This document shows positions 52,235 through 62,790 of a stretch of DNA of 64,000 nucleotides, in pieces; the stretch's first letter is position 1, and every line of letters begins with the position of its first letter. Under the pieces are notes generated by a model. It had not been told where the DNA came from. It saw only the letters and a list, made by a program, of their open reading frames with translations, and did no database searches. Location: contig CAUYUJ010000147.1 of the NCBI GenBank assembly GCA_963575745.1, positions 1-64,000 on the forward strand, in the 5' to 3' direction. The stretch is from Prorocentrum cordatum (Eukaryota). The position numbers and the translations under genes are program-made.

Positions 52235-53029
52235 CAGCAAGTGGACGCAATTCCTCGGGCATCTCAGCTGCCACCGAATAGGGGGAAGCAAGACGGAGAG
52301 AAGGAAGACCAGGAAATGATAACGAGGAAGGGGGTGGAAGAAGGACGGAAGGAAGGAAGGAAGGGAGGAGAAGGGAGGAGAGGAAGGACAAGGAAGGAGA
52401 AGGAAAAAGAAGAAAGGAGGGAAGGAAGGAAGGAAGGTGGAGATCAGCGCCTGCCCCACGTCGGCGGGGCCGTCCATTGCCTGCTGCGCACTTGCCCTGG
52501 CGGGACTGTTCTCCTATACCGCCATAAGTTGGAGGGGGATCCTTATCCTCCTCCCTCGTCCTCCTCCTCCTCCTCTTCCTCCTCCTCCCCTCCTTCTCCT
52601 CCTCTTCTCCTTGTCCTTCTCGTCCTCTTCGTCGTCCTTCTCCTCTTCCTCCCCCCCTCCAACATATGGTAGTGATATCGGATAACAAGCCCAAAATGCC
52701 CCCCCCCCCCCTTGCGCGTGAGCTTGGACCGCAAGCTGCGCGCGCAAGCGCGCGCATCGAGGAGGGGGATCCCGACGAGGAGGAGGAGGAGGAGGAGGAG
52801 GAGGAGGGGAGGTAGGAGGAGGAGATAGGAAGCCACAGGAAGCGCCAGGAGGCCCAATCCTATGTGCTTTATTCCCCATATCCAGATGGGGTTCTTGTTA
52901 TCCTCCGACCGCGCCTCTCTGCAGTAGACAAGGATGATGACTGTCATGGTGATGACCATGTATGGTGATTGTGAGTATGATGGTGATGGGGAATGACGAA
53001 TGATGATGATGATGATGATCATGATGATG

Positions 53030-53061
<32 letters not shown>

Positions 53062-53409
53062 GGTGATGATGATGATGATGATGATGATCATGACGATGAT
53101 GATGATGATGCTGATGATGATGATGAGGTACATGGTTGGCACCACCCCAAAAACCATGACACTGTCATGTCTGTGCAAAAAACCAAGACAAGCCAGAAAA
53201 ACCAAGACAATGAAGGCGTCATGGTTTTACCATGACGGATGGATGTGTGGGGAGCTGGCCCGGCGGCGCGGCAGCGCCGTGCCTCGCGCAGGCTGCGACT
53301 CGAGAAGCAGCGGCCGTCGCGGCAGTCGGGATAGCCCGAAACTTGTGCAGAGGATCGGCCCCGACGCCCGCTGGAATGCCTCCTGCCGCCGCGCCGGGCG
53401 CCGCCTCTA

Positions 53410-54092
53410 AAATGCCCGGCGTTACTCGCAAGCAAGATGACCAAGCGTTCGTGCCAGAGCCGCTGGGCGCAGTTGTAGCGCACGCACACAAAATCGCCAG
53501 CCGCCAGGCCGTAGGTCAACGCAACCGGGTGAGCCGCCATCGCGCCTAGCGGCGAGCCTGTGCCGCTGCTGCTGCCTGGCGCGCCTGTCGCCTCGCCTCC
53601 TCAGCCACGTCCTCGATCGCGGGCGGCGCTGCGGGGCTGGCGACCTCGACCGAGGGCAGCGGCGGGGCCCCGACCGGGGCCGAGGTCGCAGGCGCCGAGG
53701 CCTTCGGCGAGAAAGGCTCCCACGCAAGGCCAACCCCGCGCCGTCCAGCGAGGTAGCCTGCGCCCGTGGCCGCCGCGAGGCAGCCCAGCAAGAAGACGAT
53801 GGAGATGCCCTCCTGGTGGAAGGCGCTGTTCGGCGAGAACTCTAGGCTCGGGCACTGAAGGTGGGGGGGGCGCGCTGGCACTCCGGGCAGCTGGGGCAGT
53901 CCAGCGTCGGGCAGTGGCCGCGGGTCACCACCGGCTCGCAGGCGGGGCGCTGCTGAGAGCCGCCTCGCACGATGAGCGCAGTGGAAACCCCGCGGGCGAT
54001 CTCAGCCCCAGCGAGCGCGAGGAACACGTGCATCGACGGTGTGTGTGTGTGTGTGTGTGACCCGAAGAGCTTGAGCCATAACAAACGCACGG
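53410..54092 (-). mobile_element. 5' fragment of a DIRS-like element: small CPxCP/TM ORF plus the start of a gag-like ORF
   Basis: CPTLDCPSCPEC, hydrophobic ISIVFLLGCLAAATGAGYL, EDVAEEARRQAR, then MAAHP..VCVRYN..LWHERLVIL. This mirrors the plus-strand element at 54218 onward. Confidence 0.6.
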
Positions 54093-54217
54093 CAGAGAAC
54101 AGACACTGCAAGCTTACAGTCCTGAAGACAACCATATATATATATATATATATGGCCGTCTTTCAACAAGCTGAAGTGATGTGCAGAGCAGTTGAATGAT
54201 CGCCGCGTCGACGTTGC

Positions 54218-57200
54218 CCGTCGTACTGCTTGCTCAAGTCTTCGAATGCGCAGCGCCCTCGCCCCATGCAGGCATGTGGGGTCGGGTTTTCGCTCGTCGC
54301 TCACCTCGGCGCGATTGGCCTGGCGCGCCGGCGGTGGCTCTCTACGCCGTCGACACCGCCTTCAGCCAGCGCTGGCCTTGGGCACAGCGCGGGGGGGCCT
54401 GGAAGGCGGGGGCTCGCCGCGCGCCGCTCTCGGAGTGCATCTCGGCCGCCGTGGAGGCTCCCGAGGTGCAGAGCTGCCCCCCGCCGCGCGCCCCTTGCCC
54501 GGCCTGCCCCGCGGCGGGCGGCGCGGGGCTTTCGTGGGTGAGCCAGCTGGTCATCAGCCGGCTCGGCCTGATCTTCCTGGAGGCTGGGAAGCCGCTGCTG
54601 GGGGCTGCAGCGCGACTGCTGCTGCTGTGGCGGCTGTGGCGGCTCGGCGCAGGGCTCAGCCAGCCCGCTCGGGCTCGAGCCTGCGCGGGCCGTGGCGGGG
54701 GCCCCAGCGCTCGTGGAGATCGACTTGGCAGAGTTCGCCGCTGCGCAGGCGCGTGCTAGTGATGGAGGGCTCGTTCTACCTGGTGCGGTACCGCGTTGCG
54801 GGTCCGCTACTGTGGCGCGAGCGCTTGGCGCTCGTGGAGAGGGGTGCCTTGTCGTATATCATGACTCCAGACGGCGACGACTACGACGAGGCGAATGCTC
54901 TTGGGCCCGACGCGGCAGAGGTCATCAGGATCGCGGGCCAGGGGGCGACTCCAGGCGGGCTCGGCGGAGGGCACGTGCATCGGTTACGGCGCCTGCTGGC
55001 TGCCGCTGAGGCCTGGGCCGCCATCGCGCGCGGGGTGGCTTCTGGCCCCCCGCGGCCGCCGGCATGGGTGCTTACCCTGGACTTGGGGGCTGGCAACGTG
55101 CTGGGATTGCCCGCTGGGGTGCACGCACTCGCTCGCTGAGCCTGGAGTTGCAGCTGACCTGCCGCCGCTGGTGGTGGGGGGCCTGGAGGCGGGCCCGCTG
55201 GAGGCTTGGTGGGCGGCGTGGGCGCTCTGGTGGCTGCGCTCGGAGGCCCCGCGGCGGGTGCTGCTGGCCCCGCGGCTGGCTTGCCGCCTGGAGGCGCCGC
55301 GGCCCCTGTCGCGCCCGCGCTGGCTGCTCCCAGTGCTCTGGCCGTCCCGCCGCCGGCGCACGCGGTGCTGCCACTTGCTGGCGGAGGAGCAGTCGCGCCG
55401 GCGGCCCCTGGCGCGGCCGCCCTGCCTGCGGTGGCGCCCGCCGACGGCGCCCCGCTGATGGCGTTCGCGGCTGCCCCTGGTGCAGCTGCTGCCCTGGCCA
55501 CCTGTCCTGATCCCAGAGTGTTGGCTGTTGCGTATGACATGCTTGGGCAGCGCTGCGTCGAGTTCAGAGAGGCGGTCCTTCGGCTGGTGGAATATCCTTG
55601 GCCCGATTGGAAACTTTCGGGGCCCCGGGCCTGTCTCTGGGCGCGTCGCTTGATTTGCGAGCATGGCGGCGCCCCTATGGGCAGGCGCACGCTGTTCAAT
55701 ACCACCTTTCGCCTCACCGATGCCGATCCTGGAGTTGTCGAGCACGAGGAGTGCTGCCGCATCTTGCAGGAGGGTGCGTGCTACCATCAGGTGAGCGCGG
55801 CGCCGCTAACTTCGGTCGAGGTCGTCTGCCGCTGGCTGCAGGTTCAGGAGGAATGGTACCACCACTTCCTCCATGAGGATCAGGACGACGAGAGTTTCGA
55901 CAGGCCCTTGTTCCTTGAGGGGCAGCGCTCACGAGGGAATCTGCGTGTCTGCCCGCTGTTGCAGACGCATGTGGCTGCCGAGCTGGCGCGCGAGGCGGCG
56001 CTGGCGAAGGAGCGCCGCAGGCGCGCGAGGAACGACCCATCCCAAAGCCCAATGCCAAGCGATCTGGCAATAAGGGCCAGCGGGGGCAGGGGGCCGAGGC
56101 GCGATTCCCTTGCAGCGCGGGGGTTGGTCTGCCCGCGCTGCGCTCGCCCTTTGGGCCCGTGGTGACGCCCGTTCTGCGAGGGCATGGTGGGCGGCCGCCA
56201 GCGCGACCTGTCCCCCCTGGCTGCCATGGAGCCGATGTCTCAACAGTTCTGTCATGGACGTGCTAGTTGTTGCGTGGTCCGCCGTCGCCTTCGCGTTGCC
56301 CATGCGGGCAGGTGTGCCTCCGAGGGCGTCACCAAGCTGAACGACTTATATGGCAGGTTTGGTTCCCGCCCCGACGTCGGCCCCAACGCGGGCCAGCGCT
56401 TGGCCCTGGAACATCTTCGCCAGAGTTATCGGCGCCCTGGCCCCCCACCTGCAGATCTACATTCAGGACAAGGATCCCTGTGCGCGCTCCCTGTCAGGCG
56501 CGCCCAGCTCCTCCTGCGGTGGCGGGCCCGTCGCCCCCTTTGACGGCGACGAGATCGCCTGGCCGTCCCTGGCCAGCTAGCCCGTGCACCTGACCGGCTT
56601 GCTGGGGGATGCGGGCGCCTCGTGGCTCGGGGACTGGAAGGGGCGCATGCTGCGACCGCCCCAGGCCGCTCGGAGCCTCCGCGCTGAGGCTTGCCCGCGG
56701 GGCGCATGCGTCGACCCGCTGCCGCAGCGCAACGCTCGCGATTACGCTGCATTTCTGAGAGAGGCCTGCCTGCCCCCTCTACTCGCCCCCGACGCCCCCA
56801 GTCTTCGGGGCGCTGAAGGCCGACGAGAGGGTCTCCATCGCGTCGGGGGACCTGGAGGCTGCATTCTACCACGTGCTGGCGCCGCCCGACATGGTCGACC
56901 ACTTCTCGCCCCCCAGCCTGGGCGCGGGGCTGCTGCTGAGCTGCGGCGTCACTGGATTGCCTGGCGGCGCGGGCGAGCCCATCGCGCCGCGTCTGCGCGT
57001 TCTGCCGGGCGCTGCACCTGTGCCAGGGTGTGCTTCGGCGAGGCCTCAGCCTGGGTGGCTTTTCGCCCAGCCACCTCGTCGAGGATGGGCAGCCTGGGCG
57101 GCGCGCTGAGCGCGGGCAGCCGTCGGCGGCCGCGGGGTGCGTCGACGACTACTTCGCGCTCGACACCGACGCTGGCGTCGCCTACCGCAGGGCCCGGGCC

Positions 57201-57740
57201 GTGCGGTAGCAGCTGGTTGATCTGGGCCTTGTGGTGCACGACCAGGAGCCTGCTTGCCGCGACTCCGAGTTCTTTGGGCTCAGCCTGTCCAAGGGCCGCT
57301 TCCTCGCGACGCGGCCCAGGTGCCTCTGGCGTCATCGGCTCGCGATCGAAAAGCTGCTGCGGGTCGGCAAATGCTGCGGCGCGCTCATGAGGGCCCCCCT
57401 CGGCCATATCACCTGGGCGGCGCTGATGCGTCGCGAGGCGCTCTGCCTGATCCGGGCGGCCTACGCCTTCGCTGCCAAGGCCGGGTCTGAGCCCGTCATG
57501 CTGCGGCAGAGCGCGAGGCGGGAGCTCTGGCAGGTGCGCTGTCTGCTGCCGCTGCTGTAGGCAGACCTGCTGGCGCCCTGGCACTCGCTGGTCGTCGCCT
57601 CCGACGCGTCGGAGTTCGGGCTCGGGCTGGTGCGTCGGCGGCTGCCCCCAGAGCGGGTCGCCGAGATAGGGCGCCAGCCGGAACGCCGGCGATATCGCGT
57701 GGAGGGCGCCGCCCGCGCTCGCGAGAGAGCCCTCGGACAT
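54218..57740 (+). mobile_element. Decayed DIRS/Ngaro-like retrotransposon: small ORF, gag-like ORF, RT, start of RNase H; 3'-truncated, no recombinase seen
   Basis: gag-like MEGSFYLVRY..LWRERL..IMTPDGDDY and DPRVL..WPDWKLSGPR..LAKERR; RT GDLEAAFYH, RLRVLP and CVDDYF (~57139-57156); LGHITWAALMRR; RNase H VVASDASEFGLG. Confidence 0.75.
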
Positions 57741-57789
57741 GCCGTCATCTCATCACCTCCTCTCCCCAGCTCTCTGCAGCTCGGTGTGC

Positions 57790-58905
57790 TTCTGTGCCCC
57801 TGTGTCCCTCTACGTTTCTCTGTGTCTCTCTGTGTCTCTCTATGTCTCTCTCTGTCTCTCTGCGTCTCTCTGCGTCTCTCTGTGTCTCTCTGTGTCCATG
57901 TGTGTCTCTCTCTCTCTCTGTGTCTCTCTGTGACCCTCTGTGTCTCGCTGTGTCTCTCTGTGTCTCTCTGTGTCTCTCTGTGTGTCTCTCTGTGTCCCTC
58001 TGTATTTCTGTCTTTGTCTGTGTCCCTCTGTGTTTCTCTGTGTCCCTCTGTGTTTCTGTCTTTCTCTGTGGCCCTTTGTGTTCCTATGTGTCTCTCAGAG
58101 TCCCCCAGTGTCCCTCAGTGTTTCTATGTGCGCCTCTGTGCCCATGTGTCCCTCTGCGTTTCTCTGTCTCTCTGTGTCTCTCTGTGTCTCTCTCTGTCTC
58201 TTTGTGTCTCTCTGTGTCTCTCTGTGTCCATGTGTGTCTCTCTGTGTCTCTCTGTGACCCTCTGTGTCTCGCTGAGTCTCTCTGTGTCCCTCTGTGTCTC
58301 TCTGTGTCTCGCTGTGTCTCTCTGTGCCCCTCAGTCTCTCTGTGCCTATATGTGTCTCTCTGTGTCTCTCTGTCTCTCTTTGTGTCACCCAGTGTCCCTC
58401 AGTGTCTCTATGTGTCTCTGTATGTCTCTCCGTGTCTCTGTGTGTCTCTCTGTCCCTCTGTGTCTCTCTCTTCCCCTTTTGTGTCTCGTTGTGTCCCTCT
58501 GTGTCTCTCTATGTCCCTCTGTGCCTCTCAGTGTCCCTCTGTGTCTCTCTGTACCTCTCTGTGTCCCTCTGTGTCCCTCTGTACCTCTCTGTGTCCCTCT
58601 GTGTCTGTCTGTGCCTCTCTGTGCCCCTTTGTGTCCCTCTGTGACCCTCTGTGTCCCTCAGTGTCCCTCTGTGTCTCTCTGTGTTCCGCTGTGTCTCTCT
58701 GTGTCCCTCTGTGTCCCTCTGTGTCCCTCTGTGTCTCTCTGTGGCTCGCTGTGTCGCTCTATTTCCCTCTGTGTCCCTCCGTGTCTCTCTGTGACCCTCT
58801 GTGACCCCCTGTGTCCCTCTGTGTCCTTCTATGACTCGCTGTGTCTCTCTATGTCCCTTTGTGTCTCTCTGTGTGTCTCTCTGTGTCTCTCTGTGCCCCT
58901 GTGTG
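57790..58905. repeat. (CTCTGTGTCY)n 10-bp-based satellite
   Basis: Read directly from the sequence. Confidence 0.95.
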
Positions 58906-59526
58906 TCGATCTGTTTCTATCTACGTAGTTTTCGCTGGTTGCGTTTTCGCTTGAACTAGCCAGCTTTTCGCTTGAACGAGCATCTTTTCGTTTGAACGAT
59001 CTGCCCTCGGGTGGGTCCGATCCCCCGCGCCGCCTGTGGACAAGGGGCATTGGGGGAAAACGGGTCCGGTGGCGTGGGTTCCGATGGCGTGGGGGGGGGG
59101 GGGGGAGGGGGGTCCGTGGCGTGCGAGTTTGAAGGGGCCTCACCACAGCCTCGAGGCTGACATTCAGCCTCTGGGGGGGGATGCTGGGGTGGCTCTGCCG
59201 GGGAAGGGGGGGGGTGCGTGCGCGTGTGTGCGGGGTCATGTTTGTCCGTGTACGCGAGAAAGGTATCGGGGAAACAGGGAGAATGAAGTGGAACGGACAA
59301 CAACGGAAAACGGGAAACGAATGGGGGGCAGACGAAAGTGGCGGTGAAATGCGTGTCTGTTGTGTGTGTGGTGTGTGTGTGTGTGTATGTGCTTGTGCGG
59401 TGTGCGTGGTATGTGTGTGTGTGTGTGTGTGTGTATGTGTGTGTGTGTGTGTGTTTGTGCGTTGCCGGCGCGTGCGTGCACATGTGCCTGCGAAGGTGGC
59501 GCGCGTGTGTAACTGTGGTGTGTGTG

Positions 59527-59571
<45 letters not shown>

Positions 59572-59689
59572 GCGTGTGCGTGTGCGTGCGTGTGTGTGCG
59601 CGCGTGTGCGCGTAATGTCTGCGAGCGTGTGCGCGCGTGTCTGTCGGCGAAATGTCGCCGCCCAAGCTGGGGGGCACTCCAAGCGACCC

Positions 59690-59722
59690 GGGTCGGCGGC
59701 ACTGGCCGAAGGCCACTGCAAT
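59690..59722 (+). mobile_element. Third Helentron-like 3' terminus (family C)
   Basis: GGGTCGGCGGC, then hairpin TGGCC-GAA-GGCCA, then CTGCAAT. Same layout as families A and B. Confidence 0.55.
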
Positions 59723-59789
59723 ATACAACTACCTATACGACCACCCTTCGGGTGATAAGGAGGTTCGGGGGGGGGGAGGATGCAGCGTC

Positions 59790-61270
59790 TCACTCGATCG
59801 GTCTCACCATCCATCTCACGATCGGTCCCGCTCGATCGATATCACTCGATCGATCTCACAATCGATCTCACTCGATATATCTCATTCGCTCGGTCTCACA
59901 ATTGATCTGATTATCGATCTCACAATCGATCTCACATTCGGTCTCACTATCGATATCACTACCGATATCACAATCGATCTAACATTCAACGTCATCATCA
60001 TCATCACCAACACCATCATTTTCATCGTCATCGGGACACTGCCGTCATCATCATCATCATCGTCATCATCATCAACGACATCATCATCAGGCCATCATCA
60101 TCATCCCCATCATCATCTCACCATAGTCAGCAACATCATCATCATCGGCACACAGCCTTCGCCATCATCACCATCAACATCATCATCATCATCATCATCA
60201 TCATCGGGACACCATCATGGTCACCATCATTGTCATCGTCAACATCATCAACAACATCGGGACACCATCATCATCATCATCATCGTCATCATCATTTAAT
60301 CATCATCATAATCAACAGCATCACCAACATCATCGGGACACCATCATCATCAGCAGCAGCATCGTCACCAACATCATCATCAATATCATCATCGGAGCAC
60401 CATCACCAGCACCATCATCATCACCACCGTCATAATCATCATCATCGGGATACCATAGTCATCATCAGCAGCATCATCATTACCAACATCATCATCAACA
60501 ACAACGGGCAGAAACATCAACATCATCGTCATCTCATCATCATCATCATCATCAACAACAGCATCAACATCACCAGCGGGACGCAGCCATCGTCATCATC
60601 ACCATCAACATCATCATCATCGGGACACCATCATGGTCACCATCGTTGTCATCGTCAACATCATCAACAACATCGGGACACCATCATCATCACCAGCTCA
60701 TTAGCATCATCATCATCATCATCAGCCGCATCATCAACATCATTGGGACACCATCATCATCAGCAACATCATCATCACCAACATCATCATCAATATCATC
60801 ATCGGTACACCATCACCATCACCATCATCATCACCACCGCCATAATCATCATCATCGGGATACCATAACCATCATCAGCAGCATCAGCATTACCAACATC
60901 ATCATCAACAACAACGGGCAGAACATCAACATCATCGTTTTCTCATCATCATCATCATCAACAACATCATCATCATCATCGTCATCATCATCATCATCAT
61001 CATCATCACCAGGACACCATCATCGTCATCATCATCACCATCAACACAACCATCATGATCATCATCAACATCATCATTATCGGGATACCGACGGGGCACC
61101 GACGGGACACCGGCGGGACACCGCGGGCCCCCGGCCGCCCGGAAGGGAATCATTTGGTCCGGCCGCGCCTCAGCCACACAGGACACCAGCGGGACACCGG
61201 CGGGACACCGCGGGCCCCCGGCCGCCCGGAAGGGAGACACTTGGTCCGGCCGCGCCTCAGCCACAGGAGA
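59790..61270. repeat. CGATCTCAC repeats, then a (CAT)n field with a ~420-bp higher-order duplication, then a ~92-bp GC-rich tandem duplicate
   Basis: Read directly from the sequence; CGGGACACCGGCGGGACACCGCGGGCCCCCGGCCGCCCGGAAGGGA occurs twice. Confidence 0.85.
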
Positions 61271-62024
61271 CTTTCTCTCGCCCGCCCACGCAGCTTCGCC
61301 TCGCCCGCACGGCACGCACGAACACGAAACCGAAATCGATTTCCCGGCGGGGGGGCTTTCCGTTCCACTTCGATCTCACCCCCTCACCTCCGACATATAC
61401 AGCTACATTTTCATCTACATAACACAATCTGAAACACAACTTGCGCCGTATCTTTTCCAGATTGGAAAGGCCCTTCTCTATAGTGTTGCGAAGTTGCGGG
61501 CTGTACTCGTTATCCTCCACCAGCCACTAACACAGACGTGACTAAGCGGGCAAAGCGAATCATAGGCCACAACAGATGAGGCCATCCTAAGGATCAATTC
61601 AAAAGTGATACCAATGATACGGCGCCCCAGATAAGACAACGGAAAACAACACATCGCCGAATGATCACCGATTCAATCGTCTCATGTGAATACGCAAATA
61701 ATCGCACCGCAGGACAATCCTGATACATACTCCTCAGGATGCAGTCCACCTTGCCTCGCCGATCGTCTAGACCAACGGTGACTGCATGAGGTGCAAGCTT
61801 GGAAGGCTACCAGCGGAACCCCCCCAGCCATCCGATGTACTGTTGCTTTTAATCCGCAACACCTTCCTCAGGTGTAGTTCTTGTCCCCGGCCCATGCTTG
61901 ATGACTCTGGGTCCCGAAAATAAGTCCTGAGGCCGAAATGTAAGAACGCGCCAGGGCCCAACTCTCCTGGCGAAGGACTCAACCATATGCAGTTGTGGGC
62001 ACCGCACTTGTGAATATCGCCGCC

Positions 62025-62790
62025 AGTGGATCTCAACATGGGGCCACGAAGCGTGTGAGAGGTGCCGAAATTTGTTTGGGGACGCATGTGAGCTGTGCCA
62101 CTGGGGCCGTCGGTGGAGCTCCCTGTCCTGTGAGGCCCCGAAACGTGTCAGAGTTGTGCCGAAATTGAGATGAACCGCATGCGACCCCCTCCCCCGAGGG
62201 CTTTGGTGGAGCTCCCTGTGGGGCACGAAACGCGTAAAGGAGTGTGAAGAAATGAATTGGGACCCGCATGCGCCCCCCCTGGGGCTTCGGTGGAACTCCC
62301 TGCCTGTGGAGCCACGAAACGTGTGATGGGTGTGCCGATATGTGCAAAAAACGCACGCCTAACCTCCATCCTGTGGGGCTTCAGTGGACCTCCGTGCGGG
62401 GCCACGATGCGTGTGAGTGGTGTGCCATGGTGTGCGGAACCCTCCCCCTCCTGGGGGCTTCGGTGGAGCTCCTGGTAGGGCCACGAAGCGTGTGAGGGGT
62501 GTGCCGAAAGAGGTGACACACCACATGCGAAAGCCCTCTCTAGGGGGCTTCGGTGGAGCTCCCTGTGTGGCTACGAAGCGTGTGAAAGGTGTGGCGAACT
62601 CGGTGGGGAACCGCATGCGACCCCCCCTGGCTGGGACCGTAGGTGGAGCGGAGCTCCCTACGGGGCCACGGAGCACGCGAGGGGTGTGCCGAAATGGGCT
62701 CGGGGACGCAATGTTCCCCCCCTCATCCCCCGAGGCCTTAGTTGAAGCTCCCCATGGGGCCACGAAGCGTGTGAGAGGTCTGCCGACATG
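62025..62790. repeat. Degenerate ~105-120 bp satellite (GGTGGAGCTCCC..GGGCCACGAAGCGTGTGA..GTGCCGAAA)
   Basis: About seven recurrences of the core. Confidence 0.85.

Larger units (their letters stand above)
46773..52513 (-). pseudogene. Cryptic multi-exon gene A (12 or more exons), unknown function: basic MKRPAA region, acidic repeat exon and globular C-terminus
   Basis: Exons 52451-52513, ~51986-52112, 51466-~51621, 51061-51161, 50694-50775, 50290-50364, 49909-50055, 49170-49365, 48411-48825, ~48067-48139, ~47624-47767 and ~47180-47264. In-frame joins include QME|AAW, DAHK|FLE, MPKE|ADT, PFLR|SAVQ, DAG|LRK and TYR|SSE, using GC/GT/GA donors. Several junctions are damaged. Confidence 0.75.
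24813..53251 (-). mobile_element. Putative giant (~28.4 kb) CMC/EnSpm-like DNA transposon with TIRs, subterminal repeats, transposase and spliced accessory genes
   Basis: Left end CCCACACATCC-GGA-CGTCATG; reverse complement of the right end CCCACACATCC-ATC-CGTCATG. Both ends carry clustered AAAACCA(T/A)GAC repeats in both orientations. Internal genes are all on the minus strand. The TSD is not clean (TA vs GA). Confidence 0.65.

Noticed and set aside
57630..58928. 432-aa and 336-aa Cys/Val/Ser/Leu-rich ORFs
   Set aside because: Translation of a CT/GT satellite; only the first ~35 codons belong to the retroelement.
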